A DNA stretch of 64,000 nt from a virus (taxonomy: Duplodnaviria > Caudoviricetes): IMG/VR virus record IMGVR_UViG_3300036762_000188, one strand, 5' to 3'. The position numbers were made by a program, and so were the translations under genes. The stretch's first letter is position 1, and the number at the start of each line of letters is the position of its first letter. Below are positions 27,298 to 36,814 of the stretch, piece by piece. Below the pieces are notes generated by a model. The model made no database searches. It was not told where the DNA came from and saw only the letters and a list, made by a program, of their open reading frames with translations.

Positions 27298-28967
27298 ACC
27301 TGCTCCTTTAGCTCCTTGATAGCCTCTATTAAGAGTCCTACTAAGTTACCGTAAGCTACAGAGTAGTACTCGTCCTCATGCACTGCTTCTGGTATAACCT
27401 TCAGCACTTCCTGTGCGATAACACCTATATTACGCTTACCGTCCTTATCGAAGTATACTCCTCGCATGGCAGAGACTTTAGCTAGAGCATTATCTACAGT
27501 CACTACGTTCTCTTTAAGACGTGCGTCTGACAGACCTGTTATGTTACCTGATGTAGACAGTACACCTGAAGTACTAACAGTCATCACGTTAGTACCGCCA
27601 CTGTTCTTCCACTCCTGGATAGTACCGGTCGTAGTACGCGTAGCTGATATAGCTACTCCAGAAGAGGATGGAGTTATAGAATCAGTGCTAGCCACTAAGC
27701 GTATGGTATACCACACTGAAGATGTCACTGATACTCGTATAACCATATTACCAGGAGCAGCCGATGATAACTTAGTTATACGCTGTACGCGGTATCCTGT
27801 ATTTGCTTCAACATAATTCTCTACTACTACCTGTCCACTTAGCGTACTGGCAGCAGATCCATTCTGAGCCGTGTAAGTAACGCCGTTAGTGCAGATAAAT
27901 ATACCATTGTAATCCTCGTTACCCCATATAGTATCTAAGTTGAAGTTACTAGTAGTAACGTTACTTCTACCTCTATATCTACTAATCATATCGTACACTG
28001 ACAGTACCGCGTCTGCCGATGCTATCTTACCAGTTACGTCCGTAGATATTATCTCAGCTAAATCTACAGGAGCGTTAGTAGTAGGGTTTATACCGTATAC
28101 TTCTACTGAAGTATTCACAGAGCCAGGCACAGTAGTATTGGCTGATAGGTCCCACCCAGTATATGTATTACTTAGCGAGCTACCTACAGCAGTCGCCCTT
28201 ACTATACTAGCCACACCCGGAGCATCTACGCTTATGTTAGCACATATCGCACTGCCTACTAATACTGCTTCACAGGTGATATTAAAATCACCGTTCTGTT
28301 CTATATAGAATACAGTGTCTACACCATTAGTACCGGCTGAAGCCTTAGTAATAAGTACAGAGGCCTCCCCTTTGGTAGTAGATAACTCTACACGTATGCG
28401 GTAGTTACTAACCGAATGTATTATAGGGGTAGTAAGTGCTATAGAGGAAGTGTACGCTACTGGATTTACCGGAGACGTCAGATCTAATAGAGAACTAGTG
28501 TTGCGTAATGCGTTACGTAAGTTATCCTTTAAGCTAGACATATCCACCCTACCGGTTAAAGCAGTAGGAACTTCATCAGGAGTGAGAACTTCGTCCAGAC
28601 CTGATATAGTGGTTACAGGTATATTACCCTCGTCTGTTATTACGCTAGTGGCGCCCATCACTGATAGGGTACCACCATTCAGGGTGGCAGTAGACACTCC
28701 GTTATACTGGTATAGATTACCTGCCTGGTCGAATATTATGACCCCACTAGATAAGTCCATACCGGCCATCAGTGGTATCACTCTACGGCCGAATATCAAG
28801 GAGTAATCCTCTGTATTAGGCTGGAACACGTTACCACTGGCCAGGATTAAACCCTGACCGGTGGATACTACCGTACCTCGCAGAGTAGGAGTCCCCGGGA
28901 CTTCTACTAGCATTCCATTAGTAAGATGCGCTTGACTCAATTGAGTAAGACTGTTAAAAACTCTCAT
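27273..28967 (-). CDS. tail fibre with C-terminal peptidase S74 intramolecular chaperone
   Basis: SDARLKENV...GVIAQEV...VAYGNLVGLLIEAIKEL. Confidence 0.9.
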   Translation of the reverse strand: MRVFNSLTQLSQAHLTNGMLVEVPGTPTLRGTVVSTGQGLILASGNVFQPNTEDYSLIFGRRVIPLMAGMDLSSGVIIFDQAGNLYQYNGVSTATLNGGTLSVMGATSVITDEGNIPVTTISGLDEVLTPDEVPTALTGRVDMSSLKDNLRNALRNTSSLLDLTSPVNPVAYTSSIALTTPIIHSVSNYRIRVELSTTKGEASVLITKASAGTNGVDTVFYIEQNGDFNITCEAVLVGSAICANISVDAPGVASIVRATAVGSSLSNTYTGWDLSANTTVPGSVNTSVEVYGINPTTNAPVDLAEIISTDVTGKIASADAVLSVYDMISRYRGRSNVTTSNFNLDTIWGNEDYNGIFICTNGVTYTAQNGSAASTLSGQVVVENYVEANTGYRVQRITKLSSAAPGNMVIRVSVTSSVWYTIRLVASTDSITPSSSGVAISATRTTTGTIQEWKNSGGTNVMTVSTSGVLSTSGNITGLSDARLKENVVTVDNALAKVSAMRGVYFDKDGKRNIGVIAQEVLKVIPEAVHEDEYYSVAYGNLVGLLIEAIKELKEQVCSLKQGV

Positions 28968-28968
28968 G

Positions 28969-30657
28969 TTATACCTCTATTAAAGCTCTAAGTTGTGCCA
29001 CTTCGTCTCGAAGAGCGCTTACCTCACTAGTAGTTAAAGAGCCTCCTTGATAACTGAAAGCTTTTATAGCCGCTACTACAGTGCTGTGATTAGGTAGATT
29101 ACGACTACCTGTGTTATCCGTTATAGTAAGCGGAGTTGTTACCGCCGGGTCCGTACCATCTAGAGATAAAACTGCTACACGGTAATCAGAGCCTACAGGA
29201 AGGCCGGCCTGCACCACATCTATACTATAAGTGTTAACGCCGTCGGTGAGCGTAGGGTGACCGTGGGCTTTTACCACTTCATCTCGATGCTCTCCAACAT
29301 ACTTAGTAGAAGTGACGCCTGAAAACACACAGGCGGATACTCTCCAGTAATAATCACTACCCGGGTAAGAGTTACCTCCGGTACCCTTAACTCTCCAGAA
29401 TTTATGGGGAGCCGCTTCCGTACTAGTTATTGAGAACCATATGTTATTTATGGCACTACCCCCAGTGGCGCTTATGGACGCAGCCGACCACACTATTCCA
29501 TTATCAGAATACTCCAGTCGTATAGAGGTTGGTATATAACTAGGTCCTTGATCCTCATCTGTGTGAATCTGTACCTGAGTGATACCTACCGGTGCGTCAA
29601 ACTGATACCCTATGTACTTATCACTAAACTTAACGTACGTAGAGGTAGCAGTATCATTATCCCATAGATTAACGGTACTAGCAGACTCAGTAGTGTCTAA
29701 CCAGCGGCCTAGCTTACCATCACTTAACACTGCAGGTAGTGGATTTGCACCGATAGTATCTGAGCTATCCCATATCTGTAAGAAATCACCACCGTAGTCC
29801 GGTAGGGACACCGTGTCAGCACCGCTACCCTTAGTAAGGTAATCTACTAGCTCAGGGTATACAGAGCGGGTGATAGTCTGCCCTCTACAGTATAACCATC
29901 CATCTGGTAATACGTTATGTGGGTATAATCCTATCATACCTACAGGAGCGTCTGCCACCTTAGTAGCACCAGCTACGCCTATGTGTCGTACTCGTATCTC
30001 TGAATTCTGCACAGACCCGAAGATAAGAGTATTAGCAGTAACTGAGTATTCTGAGGTCGGTACCACTAACCCATTACGTACTATAAGTAGCGACTCTCTA
30101 CTAGGAGGTACTCGTGATAGTAGGTAAGAGTTGTTACCTGCCGGGTAACTCTCTTCAGTTATCTCACTTATGTTGTACGGATGATTTACCTGAGTAATCT
30201 CCCATTTATTCTCAGCGAAAATCAACTGTACGAATGCATTCTTAAGGTCGATTATCAGGCTAGACTCATCTTCAATAGTATCTAGTCCAGAGGGTACTAC
30301 AGTAACAGGCTCTTCATTAAACACACCGAATCTATCGGCTATAGCTACTAGTGTGCCTATGGCAGGGTTATTTGGAAGGGTGATAGTGATACCACCTGAT
30401 GCAAGGTATCCTACTTTATCTAGAGCAGATACGTCCGTGGTAGCGGTAGTCCATTCTAGACCGAACGAAGGGAAGTCCTTCCATGTCAATGTAGTATCGC
30501 CGCCGACTATCTCACTGCCTAGATACTTACCGCTAGACCCTGCTAGGACTGGTACGTCACTTAGATCATCCCATCCTAGGTAATTCCTAAGCGCATCCTG
30601 TATGTATTCTAATAGTTCCGGGGATATGGTAGATATCCCTACTTTAGTTATGCTCAT
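28969..30657 (-). CDS. tail fibre protein with collar domain and discoidin-like domain
   Basis: PVGMI...PDGWLYCRGQTITRSVYPEL collar motif; start MSITK after GAGGAG. Confidence 0.85.
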   Translation of the reverse strand: MSITKVGISTISPELLEYIQDALRNYLGWDDLSDVPVLAGSSGKYLGSEIVGGDTTLTWKDFPSFGLEWTTATTDVSALDKVGYLASGGITITLPNNPAIGTLVAIADRFGVFNEEPVTVVPSGLDTIEDESSLIIDLKNAFVQLIFAENKWEITQVNHPYNISEITEESYPAGNNSYLLSRVPPSRESLLIVRNGLVVPTSEYSVTANTLIFGSVQNSEIRVRHIGVAGATKVADAPVGMIGLYPHNVLPDGWLYCRGQTITRSVYPELVDYLTKGSGADTVSLPDYGGDFLQIWDSSDTIGANPLPAVLSDGKLGRWLDTTESASTVNLWDNDTATSTYVKFSDKYIGYQFDAPVGITQVQIHTDEDQGPSYIPTSIRLEYSDNGIVWSAASISATGGSAINNIWFSITSTEAAPHKFWRVKGTGGNSYPGSDYYWRVSACVFSGVTSTKYVGEHRDEVVKAHGHPTLTDGVNTYSIDVVQAGLPVGSDYRVAVLSLDGTDPAVTTPLTITDNTGSRNLPNHSTVVAAIKAFSYQGGSLTTSEVSALRDEVAQLRALIEV

Positions 30658-30698
30658 CGAGTTCTCCTCATGCATGCTTCAATATACCTTTATTTTAT

Positions 30699-30708
30699 GT
30701 TATAAAAG
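30699..30708 (+). promoter_or_regulatory. GTTATAA motif variant
   Basis: Divergent intergenic region ahead of the RuvC-like gene. Confidence 0.45.
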
Positions 30709-30733
30709 CTATGGGTAGCCAAGGAGTACCTTT

Positions 30734-31195
30734 ATGAATTTTTTAGGAATTGACCCTGCTATACGCACATGCGCAGTGTGTGTACGTACGGAAGGAGGTT
30801 ACTCTACTTCACTGTATGACCTGTCTAAAGTACCACTAGGTAGTATAGTGGGTATACTAGACGAGTTAGTAGGTGACACAGAGATCGAAGGCTTAACCAT
30901 GGAACGCTTCGTGGCGTTTAAAGGGATGCAGACCGGGCATTCTGAAGGGATACTCATGGTAATAGGGGCTATACTAGGATGGGCATACCAGAGAGGTATC
31001 CCTGTTACCTTGAGGAGGAGTATTGAGTGGAAGTCTAAGCTATCATTAGAGCTATTCAAACAGGGGTTCCGTAATAAGAATGAAGGGCTTAACAAGGGCT
31101 TCTCCCTAGACGCTGCAGAATTTATTACAGGGATTAGATTTAAAACGGATCACGAGGCAGATGCAGCATGTCTCGCTTATATGGCTGATGTATGA
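30734..31195 (+). CDS. RuvC-like Holliday junction resolvase
   Basis: LGIDP, central E, EWK, DHEADA. Confidence 0.85.
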   Translation: MNFLGIDPAIRTCAVCVRTEGGYSTSLYDLSKVPLGSIVGILDELVGDTEIEGLTMERFVAFKGMQTGHSEGILMVIGAILGWAYQRGIPVTLRRSIEWKSKLSLELFKQGFRNKNEGLNKGFSLDAAEFITGIRFKTDHEADAACLAYMADV

Positions 31196-31902
31196 GAAAA
31201 TATACTGAGTATCAAGGATGTATACTGGAGTCGGTAGATATTGATGGTAAACCTATGGCTAAGATGGATCTTATCCTAGAGAGCATAGTACCTAGTGGAT
31301 GGAGGGACTATGAGCAGATTCTTAACTCTGAAGTAGATCTTACGGAAGACTTACAGGTATGTAGGCTAGGCGTCGCAGATGGGAAACCTGGGTTGTATAT
31401 ACCCGTGTACAATATAAGTCGCTGGCTGTATACTATAAAACTCCGCGACGTTAATAGTAGGCTTAAGAACCTATTCAGGTTGTATAGAAGGGACTGTGAG
31501 AAGTCTTTTAGGTTAACCTGGGCTATGCCGGTAGGAGAGCTGCACTATCGCAGTATGAGCACTCCTTACGTAGAGCCTACCGGGGTCACTATAGCTGACC
31601 TAGCCAACTTCATGGAGAGCGAAGGTATCGAGTTGAATATGAGAGCTGATAGCGCTCTAGACGTTTTATATGAGCTGGCTGCTTCTAATAAGTCGGGCGT
31701 AGGAGGAGTTAAGCTTAAGGAGATGCTAGAGTATATAGAGGACCTTCCTTTTTCAGACCATATCATGGGATATATAGAGGAGAAGATTTCTATAGGATTA
31801 CCTGAGTCATACTCTGGGTTGTCTGAATACTTAACCCGTATTAATACTCTGATATCTTTCATAATCACACAGTTCTTCGGAGAGAGAAATGCCGTTAAAT
31901 AA
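31192..31902 (+). CDS. protein with a P22 antirepressor N-terminal-like domain
   Basis: IDGKP...W....IL...DGK...IP....RWLYTI....V......LYRRDC pattern. Confidence 0.55.
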   Translation: MRKYTEYQGCILESVDIDGKPMAKMDLILESIVPSGWRDYEQILNSEVDLTEDLQVCRLGVADGKPGLYIPVYNISRWLYTIKLRDVNSRLKNLFRLYRRDCEKSFRLTWAMPVGELHYRSMSTPYVEPTGVTIADLANFMESEGIELNMRADSALDVLYELAASNKSGVGGVKLKEMLEYIEDLPFSDHIMGYIEEKISIGLPESYSGLSEYLTRINTLISFIITQFFGERNAVK

Positions 31903-32509
31903 AATCCACGATATCGTAGATGATGCAGAGGACCAGGTAGGAGTGGATGTAGAACATTCTACTCGTATAGGCCTGGCGCGTAACACAGTCGAGCAAGCCA
32001 TACCTGTCATACTACACCCTAATGACATCCCTCGTTTAATACAGGGAGTCCCTAAGATGAAGGCTATTAAGAGCTTCGATAATACAGTGCTGCACGTACG
32101 TATTAATGGTGTGCACGTGGCTGTACTATTGGTGTACACGGAAGAGGGTATACGATGCATCCCGTATTCAGAGAGAGATGGTAAGTGGTGTGTGTACGAC
32201 TTATACATTTTACTCAGGGGTGAAGATCTTATCCTACGTGGTATACATCCATTGATGGATGAAGTAGATGAGATATCAGGTATTACCATGGAGCATGTAG
32301 AGGCACTGACGTCTCTGTGCTGGGCATACCTGTACAAGATGGATGTAGGCGAGATATCCGTTGTAGAGGACTCTGAGGATTTTACCAAAATCAACAGTAA
32401 ACGTTATAAGAATAATAAGACTAAGTTAATAAATGACTGGGAGATTTCATGGTCAGACTCAGACTCGCCCTCTACTTACTCAAGCGAAAGCTCCGACGTA
32501 ATAGTATAA
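31889..32509 (+). CDS. hypothetical protein
   Basis: GGAG RBS; overlapping operon. Confidence 0.65.
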   Translation: MPLNKIHDIVDDAEDQVGVDVEHSTRIGLARNTVEQAIPVILHPNDIPRLIQGVPKMKAIKSFDNTVLHVRINGVHVAVLLVYTEEGIRCIPYSERDGKWCVYDLYILLRGEDLILRGIHPLMDEVDEISGITMEHVEALTSLCWAYLYKMDVGEISVVEDSEDFTKINSKRYKNNKTKLINDWEISWSDSDSPSTYSSESSDVIV

Positions 32510-33078
32510 AGGTAACTCGGCCGAGTATAAACTCGGACCAGGTGCGTAGTACTGCGGCAGTGGCAGTAGCTTCCGCAGCCATATCCATATCTGTTATAGG
32601 TGGTAAGTTAGCGGCTACAGGAGCTCCTTTGTTAATGCCACACTTACTACTAGTAGGCGCCGTCTGTGGCCTAGCGGCAGGCGCAGTATGGTATAATCTA
32701 CCGGCATCAAAGAAGCCGCTGTCTAAGGAGGATATAGAAGACCTGGGCGACATTGTCCTAGCCACCAACCTTAGTCCTACAGGTAAGACTGCAGACTTGA
32801 TGGAGGTGGTGTACGAGACCGTGCTGGGTAGGCAATATGTGGAGCACTCTGACTTAAGCTCCGATGTTAAGGACGAGTTCCCTACCACGGTAAGTGCAGT
32901 AAAGTCCGATGTACGTAATATACGTGATACTACGCTGAAACCCGTAGACGATTGTGATGATGGGGATTGGATAGAGAGGCAGTATCAAAAAGATGCTCTG
33001 TCAGAGGCTAAGGAACGGATGCTAGCCCGCGGCAATAATAAGGGTAAGTACGCAGGTCCTTACATACCTAAACTATGA
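32449..33078 (+). CDS. hypothetical membrane protein
   Basis: Two hydrophobic segments; GGAG RBS. Confidence 0.6.
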   Translation: MVRLRLALYLLKRKLRRNSIKVTRPSINSDQVRSTAAVAVASAAISISVIGGKLAATGAPLLMPHLLLVGAVCGLAAGAVWYNLPASKKPLSKEDIEDLGDIVLATNLSPTGKTADLMEVVYETVLGRQYVEHSDLSSDVKDEFPTTVSAVKSDVRNIRDTTLKPVDDCDDGDWIERQYQKDALSEAKERMLARGNNKGKYAGPYIPKL

Positions 33079-33344
33079 AGTTTCTAGCATTATTGAATAT
33101 CAACCGTAAATACACTACGTCCTATCGACAGGGCGTAGAGGTAGAGTACTCTATACGCATACCTGGATTCCACGGAGAGCTTACTAAGCGTATGTCTCCT
33201 GCTGAATTAGACAAGTTCATAGCAGAGAGCAATGGTAAGGCTAAGGCTGCTGTCGGGGAGTCTAGTATGAGTATGGGCAATGCCATTTCTAGGATGATGA
33301 GGCGTACACTAAATGGAAGAGTGGAAGGAAGCAGGGAGGAATAG
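33075..33344 (+). CDS. hypothetical protein
   Basis: ATGA overlap. Confidence 0.6.
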   Translation: MKFLALLNINRKYTTSYRQGVEVEYSIRIPGFHGELTKRMSPAELDKFIAESNGKAKAAVGESSMSMGNAISRMMRRTLNGRVEGSREE

Positions 33345-33648
33345 TGATGGAAAGGCCGACGTAGGTAAAGTACGTGCAGGCCTTCTATACACTCAGTTCG
33401 GCGATAATTTAATGGAGGTAGCGGAGGTTCTTACGTTCGGGGCTGCCAAGTACCCCAAGCCTCCGCTAGATGATTCATGGAGAGATGTTCCGGGAGGGTT
33501 TAATAGATATCAAGACGCTTTATATAGACATATCCACGCGTACTTGACTAAAGGTGAGGTTTTAGATCCAGAGTCAGGCAGACACCACCTAGCACACGCT
33601 ATATGTAACATATTATTCTTAATGGAGTTAGAAAATGTTCAATCGTAA
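33313..33648 (+). CDS. dATP/dGTP diphosphohydrolase-like protein (DUF5664-type)
   Basis: KADVGK...VLTFGAAKY...W...ALYRH...DPESGRHHLAHAICN. Confidence 0.85.
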   Translation: MEEWKEAGRNSDGKADVGKVRAGLLYTQFGDNLMEVAEVLTFGAAKYPKPPLDDSWRDVPGGFNRYQDALYRHIHAYLTKGEVLDPESGRHHLAHAICNILFLMELENVQS

Positions 33649-33880
33649 GAAAGACAGTATGAGCGCTATCCTGGAAGATTTCACTGCTAGAGCGGATTCA
33701 GTTAAAACTACTAACATCGCTAAGGCACAGATGGCTGATACTGAAGCTCAGGAGTTGGAAGAGCGCTATCTTAAGCAGAAACAGGCTATCGCAGCCCGTA
33801 AGGCCGAGGCTACTCAGGAACTAGAGTCAGCAGACGTGTTCATGGAGAACATCGATAAGCTGTTCAAGGCGCGCCTGTAG
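33635..33880 (+). CDS. coiled-coil hypothetical protein
   Basis: GGAG RBS; helical. Confidence 0.65.
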   Translation: MFNRKKDSMSAILEDFTARADSVKTTNIAKAQMADTEAQELEERYLKQKQAIAARKAEATQELESADVFMENIDKLFKARL

Positions 33881-34311
33881 TGAAGCCGCGGACTTTAATG
33901 AGCATAGCCCACGACGTAGCGACTGACAGTAAGTGTGTTAGCCTACAGGTAGGATGCGTGCTGGTTAAGGACGGGCATATTATATCCACCGGAGTTAACG
34001 GTACCCCTAAGGGGTACGTTAACTGTAATAGTGTATGGTCGTGTAGATGTCCCGAGCACAGTGCCTGGTCTGAGAAGTTTGAAATACATGCAGAGATGAA
34101 CGCTATAGGCTTCTGCCCGGTGTCTGTAGAAGGCTCTACTGCGTACGTAACTCACTCCCCCTGCTTCCCCTGCGTTAAGCATATGATAGCATTTGGTATT
34201 AAACATATTATATATGCCGAGCGCTATTATAGAAGTACGGATGCTGAGATAGAGGAGATTGAGGAATTCTGCAGAGTTAAGCAGGTGTCCTATAACATAA
34301 TGGGGGACTAG
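33880..34311 (+). CDS. dCMP deaminase
   Basis: QVGC, GVNGTP, HAEMNA, SPCFPC. Confidence 0.93.
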   Translation: MKPRTLMSIAHDVATDSKCVSLQVGCVLVKDGHIISTGVNGTPKGYVNCNSVWSCRCPEHSAWSEKFEIHAEMNAIGFCPVSVEGSTAYVTHSPCFPCVKHMIAFGIKHIIYAERYYRSTDAEIEEIEEFCRVKQVSYNIMGD

Positions 34312-34312
34312 C

Positions 34313-34771
34313 ATGAAGGCCATTTTCGCATGTGGTAGACAGGGTGAGTTCGGGTTGCTAGGTGGTATACCCTGGATTCAGCCTGGAGATCTTAAGCAGT
34401 TTAAAGAGTACACTATGGGAGGGACTCTTGTGATGGGTAGAAATACCTTCGAGAGTCTTCCCTGTAAGTTACCCGGTCGTAGACATGTAGTCATCTCCTC
34501 GCGTAGCGAGTTCGATGGTAAACAGCCGGATGTTGTAATCCGTAGTATATACGATGCCCCTTCAGACGGAATAGTCATAGGAGGAGCGCGTGTAATAGAA
34601 GAAGCACTTCTCTCAGGACTGTGTGAGGAAGTGTCGATAACCTATATGGACGGGAGCTTCGAAGCCGACGTACGTATAGATCTGCCGATTATATCGGAAT
34701 GTCTATCAATGATGAGTTACATGGCCACTAATGAGCCTTGGGGAGTGAGAGTAATATGGAAGCACCGGTGA
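34313..34771 (+). CDS. folA: dihydrofolate reductase
   Basis: IPW...DLKQFK, MGRNTFESLP, LPGR, IGGA. Confidence 0.93.
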   Translation: MKAIFACGRQGEFGLLGGIPWIQPGDLKQFKEYTMGGTLVMGRNTFESLPCKLPGRRHVVISSRSEFDGKQPDVVIRSIYDAPSDGIVIGGARVIEEALLSGLCEEVSITYMDGSFEADVRIDLPIISECLSMMSYMATNEPWGVRVIWKHR

Positions 34772-35181
34772 TTTACAGTTTGTACGAAAGCCTACTGGCT
34801 GAATACCATTCTGCAGAGGATAAAACCCGCGCTAAACGGGCGATAGCTATGTTTGATTCAGGTGAAGTACATGAAGACGTACTCCACAAGGAGTTGTTCC
34901 GTCTAGCTTTATTAGAAGACAGGCTGAAGGTACTTGCTATAGCGGAGTTTCAGGCTTTAGAGCCTGGACGCTTCGGTGCCCAGTTGAAATCTGATGCGCT
35001 GAACATTCTCCTGCGTAGTACTCGATACAATGCGGTGCAAGAGCTAGAGGTGCTGAATGATAAGGTATCGAGCGTCTTCAAGATGCATTGCGTAAAGGCG
35101 ATACTCGAAGTAAACGCTGAGATAGCCACGCTCAAGGAGTCTAGTATGCCTGAAGGGCGCCTCTCAGCATTATGGGGATAA
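34756..35181 (+). CDS. hypothetical protein
   Basis: Likely start MEAP. Confidence 0.6.
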   Translation: MEAPVIYSLYESLLAEYHSAEDKTRAKRAIAMFDSGEVHEDVLHKELFRLALLEDRLKVLAIAEFQALEPGRFGAQLKSDALNILLRSTRYNAVQELEVLNDKVSSVFKMHCVKAILEVNAEIATLKESSMPEGRLSALWG

Positions 35182-35204
35182 CCGGCTTCGGCCGGTTTGT
35201 TTTT
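35180..35204 (+). terminator. intrinsic terminator
   Basis: AACCGGC-TTCG-GCCGGTT plus T-rich tail. Confidence 0.8.
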
Positions 35205-35213
35205 AGGATTAAT

Positions 35214-35600
35214 ATGAGCATAATTTTAAAGTATCTGGATTACAAGACGTATGCTGTAAGAACCTGTAATAAAGAATTAGAAGAGTGTATAGATAAGGTT
35301 ATCCTTTCTATAAACAATCTAGATAAATATATGAGCAGTCGTATAGGTAAGAAGGGTACCGCGCAGGTTCATAACGACATTCTTATACAGATGAGAAACT
35401 GCTTAAACAGTAGTTTTCGTAGAGAGTGGCTTAATATAATCCTCCAACTCTACAATGATAGCAAGCACCCTGTGCATAGGCCTCACATACCTATAGATGG
35501 TATTTACATTTATGCAGTGGTAGATGAGGTGAGGCGGTTAACCGAGGTGTCTGAATCTATAATCGAAGGACTTAGATTTAGTCGGCATATCCCGTTATAG
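35214..35600 (+). CDS. hypothetical protein
   Basis: Start MSIIL after AGGA, downstream of the terminator. Confidence 0.6.
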   Translation: MSIILKYLDYKTYAVRTCNKELEECIDKVILSINNLDKYMSSRIGKKGTAQVHNDILIQMRNCLNSSFRREWLNIILQLYNDSKHPVHRPHIPIDGIYIYAVVDEVRRLTEVSESIIEGLRFSRHIPL

Positions 35601-35605
35601 CCACT

Positions 35606-35918
35606 CTGTAACAAATCCTGTAACACCCGTGTAACGCGGGATCCTAGCTTCTATGCAGGCTAGGGAGGAGTCGTTACAGAAAACACAGAAACACCGGAAC
35701 ACACACATACTATGAGAGAGGGAGAGCCTTATATATAAAAACACACTTTTCTTATATAGTGTATTTATATATACATTCCTCCCCCTCCCTCTCTCTCTCA
35801 TAGTATGTGTATTATTTTATGTAACAATGTTTTTTTGTAACAAATCAAGAAAAAGCCACGTCATTACTGAAATTAGGGTGTTACAAAAGTGTTACATTCC
35901 AGGATGCTTTTGTAACAG
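35606..35918 (-). repeat. 313-bp origin-like element, copy 2 (inverted)
   Basis: Reverse complement of 7271-7583 with scattered substitutions. Confidence 0.9.
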
Positions 35919-35938
35919 TCTTAACGGCTGCAGATTAT

Positions 35939-35948
35939 GTTATAAGTA
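35939..35948 (+). promoter_or_regulatory. GTTATAAGTA motif with no downstream ORF
   Basis: Exact match followed by three hairpins. Confidence 0.55.
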
Positions 35949-35952
35949 CTAT

Positions 35953-36015
35953 GGGGTGTTACGTATGTAATACTCCTTGTCTCTGTGATTGACAAGTCGG
36001 GGGTTTATCCCCCGA
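35953..36015 (+). ncRNA. candidate three-hairpin small RNA
   Basis: GGGGTGTTAC/GTAATACTCC, CTTGTC/GACAAG, TCGGGGG/CCCCCGA. Confidence 0.35.
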
Positions 36016-36025
36016 TCTGTTTAGA

Positions 36026-36415
36026 TTAAACGAGCTCGAAGTGCACTAGGTCATTGAAGGTCTGATCTTTAGTATAACCATCTCCATCCCAGTCACCACC
36101 CCATCTTATTTTTATCCCCATGGACTCTGCTACTGCCATAACGTAACCGCCGAATATATGGAACCTGCCTGTATCATCCCAGTCGATCGGGTAGGGTGCT
36201 ACATCTACCGCTATGGACGGTAGAGTATTATGTTTACTATCGGGCCATTTTTTAGTACTGGCACCTTTATCATACGCTGCGTTCTGCTCAGATTCAGTAC
36301 GAGTACCGCATAGTATACTACAGTCCCTGTACTTAACTACGGCTTCGAATAATAGTTGTATATCAGGATGGCATGTATCAAGCCTATCCCTGCTGGTCTT
36401 CCCAAAGCTAGCCAT
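36026..36415 (-). CDS. endolysin, M15 L-Ala-D-Glu peptidase family
   Basis: RT..EQ, SKH......AVD, RWGGDW, DLVHFEL. Confidence 0.92.
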   Translation of the reverse strand: MASFGKTSRDRLDTCHPDIQLLFEAVVKYRDCSILCGTRTESEQNAAYDKGASTKKWPDSKHNTLPSIAVDVAPYPIDWDDTGRFHIFGGYVMAVAESMGIKIRWGGDWDGDGYTKDQTFNDLVHFELV

Positions 36416-36463
36416 AAGGCCCTCCTAGTTAGTTTTGAGACCTACCTTAGGGTAGGCCTTAGT

Positions 36464-36814
36464 TCACGCTGGAAACGTCTCTACGGACGTCGTACCGTCT
36501 ATCTGGTAGTCTTCTATGAGCAAAGAGAACGCTGACTTAACCACCGCTATCATACTCATCAACTCAACCTTGCTATTAGACTTCAGTATGCCCGTGTTAG
36601 TACGAGCTATTCTCTGCCCGAAGTTACTGGACTTCGGTGTATACACGGGGTATTTATCTATATCCATAAATCTAAGGATAGCTACAAAATCCCCGAGCGA
36701 GCCATCGGGCTCTATTGACCATAAGAAGACTTCCGTAGGGAAGTCCTCTGTAAGGTCCACTAGTTCCAGTTCGGCAACCCATCCTCCCTGGTACTTAGTG
36801 GAAATCTGTAGTTT
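36464..36814 (-). CDS. hypothetical structural-operon protein
   Basis: ORF coupled to the baseplate operon; start uncertain (36820 or 36838 possible). Confidence 0.5.
   Translation of the reverse strand, partial: KLQISTKYQGGWVAELELVDLTEDFPTEVFLWSIEPDGSLGDFVAILRFMDIDKYPVYTPKSSNFGQRIARTNTGILKSNSKVELMSMIAVVKSAFSLLIEDYQIDGTTSVETFPA

Noticed and set aside
22123-30583. Numerous plus-strand ORFs opposite the structural genes (also across 36-52 kb)
   Set aside because: Antisense shadows of long minus-strand genes, without RBS or motifs.
22035-30657. Tail-fibre shufflon or diversity-generating retroelement
   Set aside because: No invertase, reverse transcriptase, crossover repeats or template/variable repeat pair was seen.
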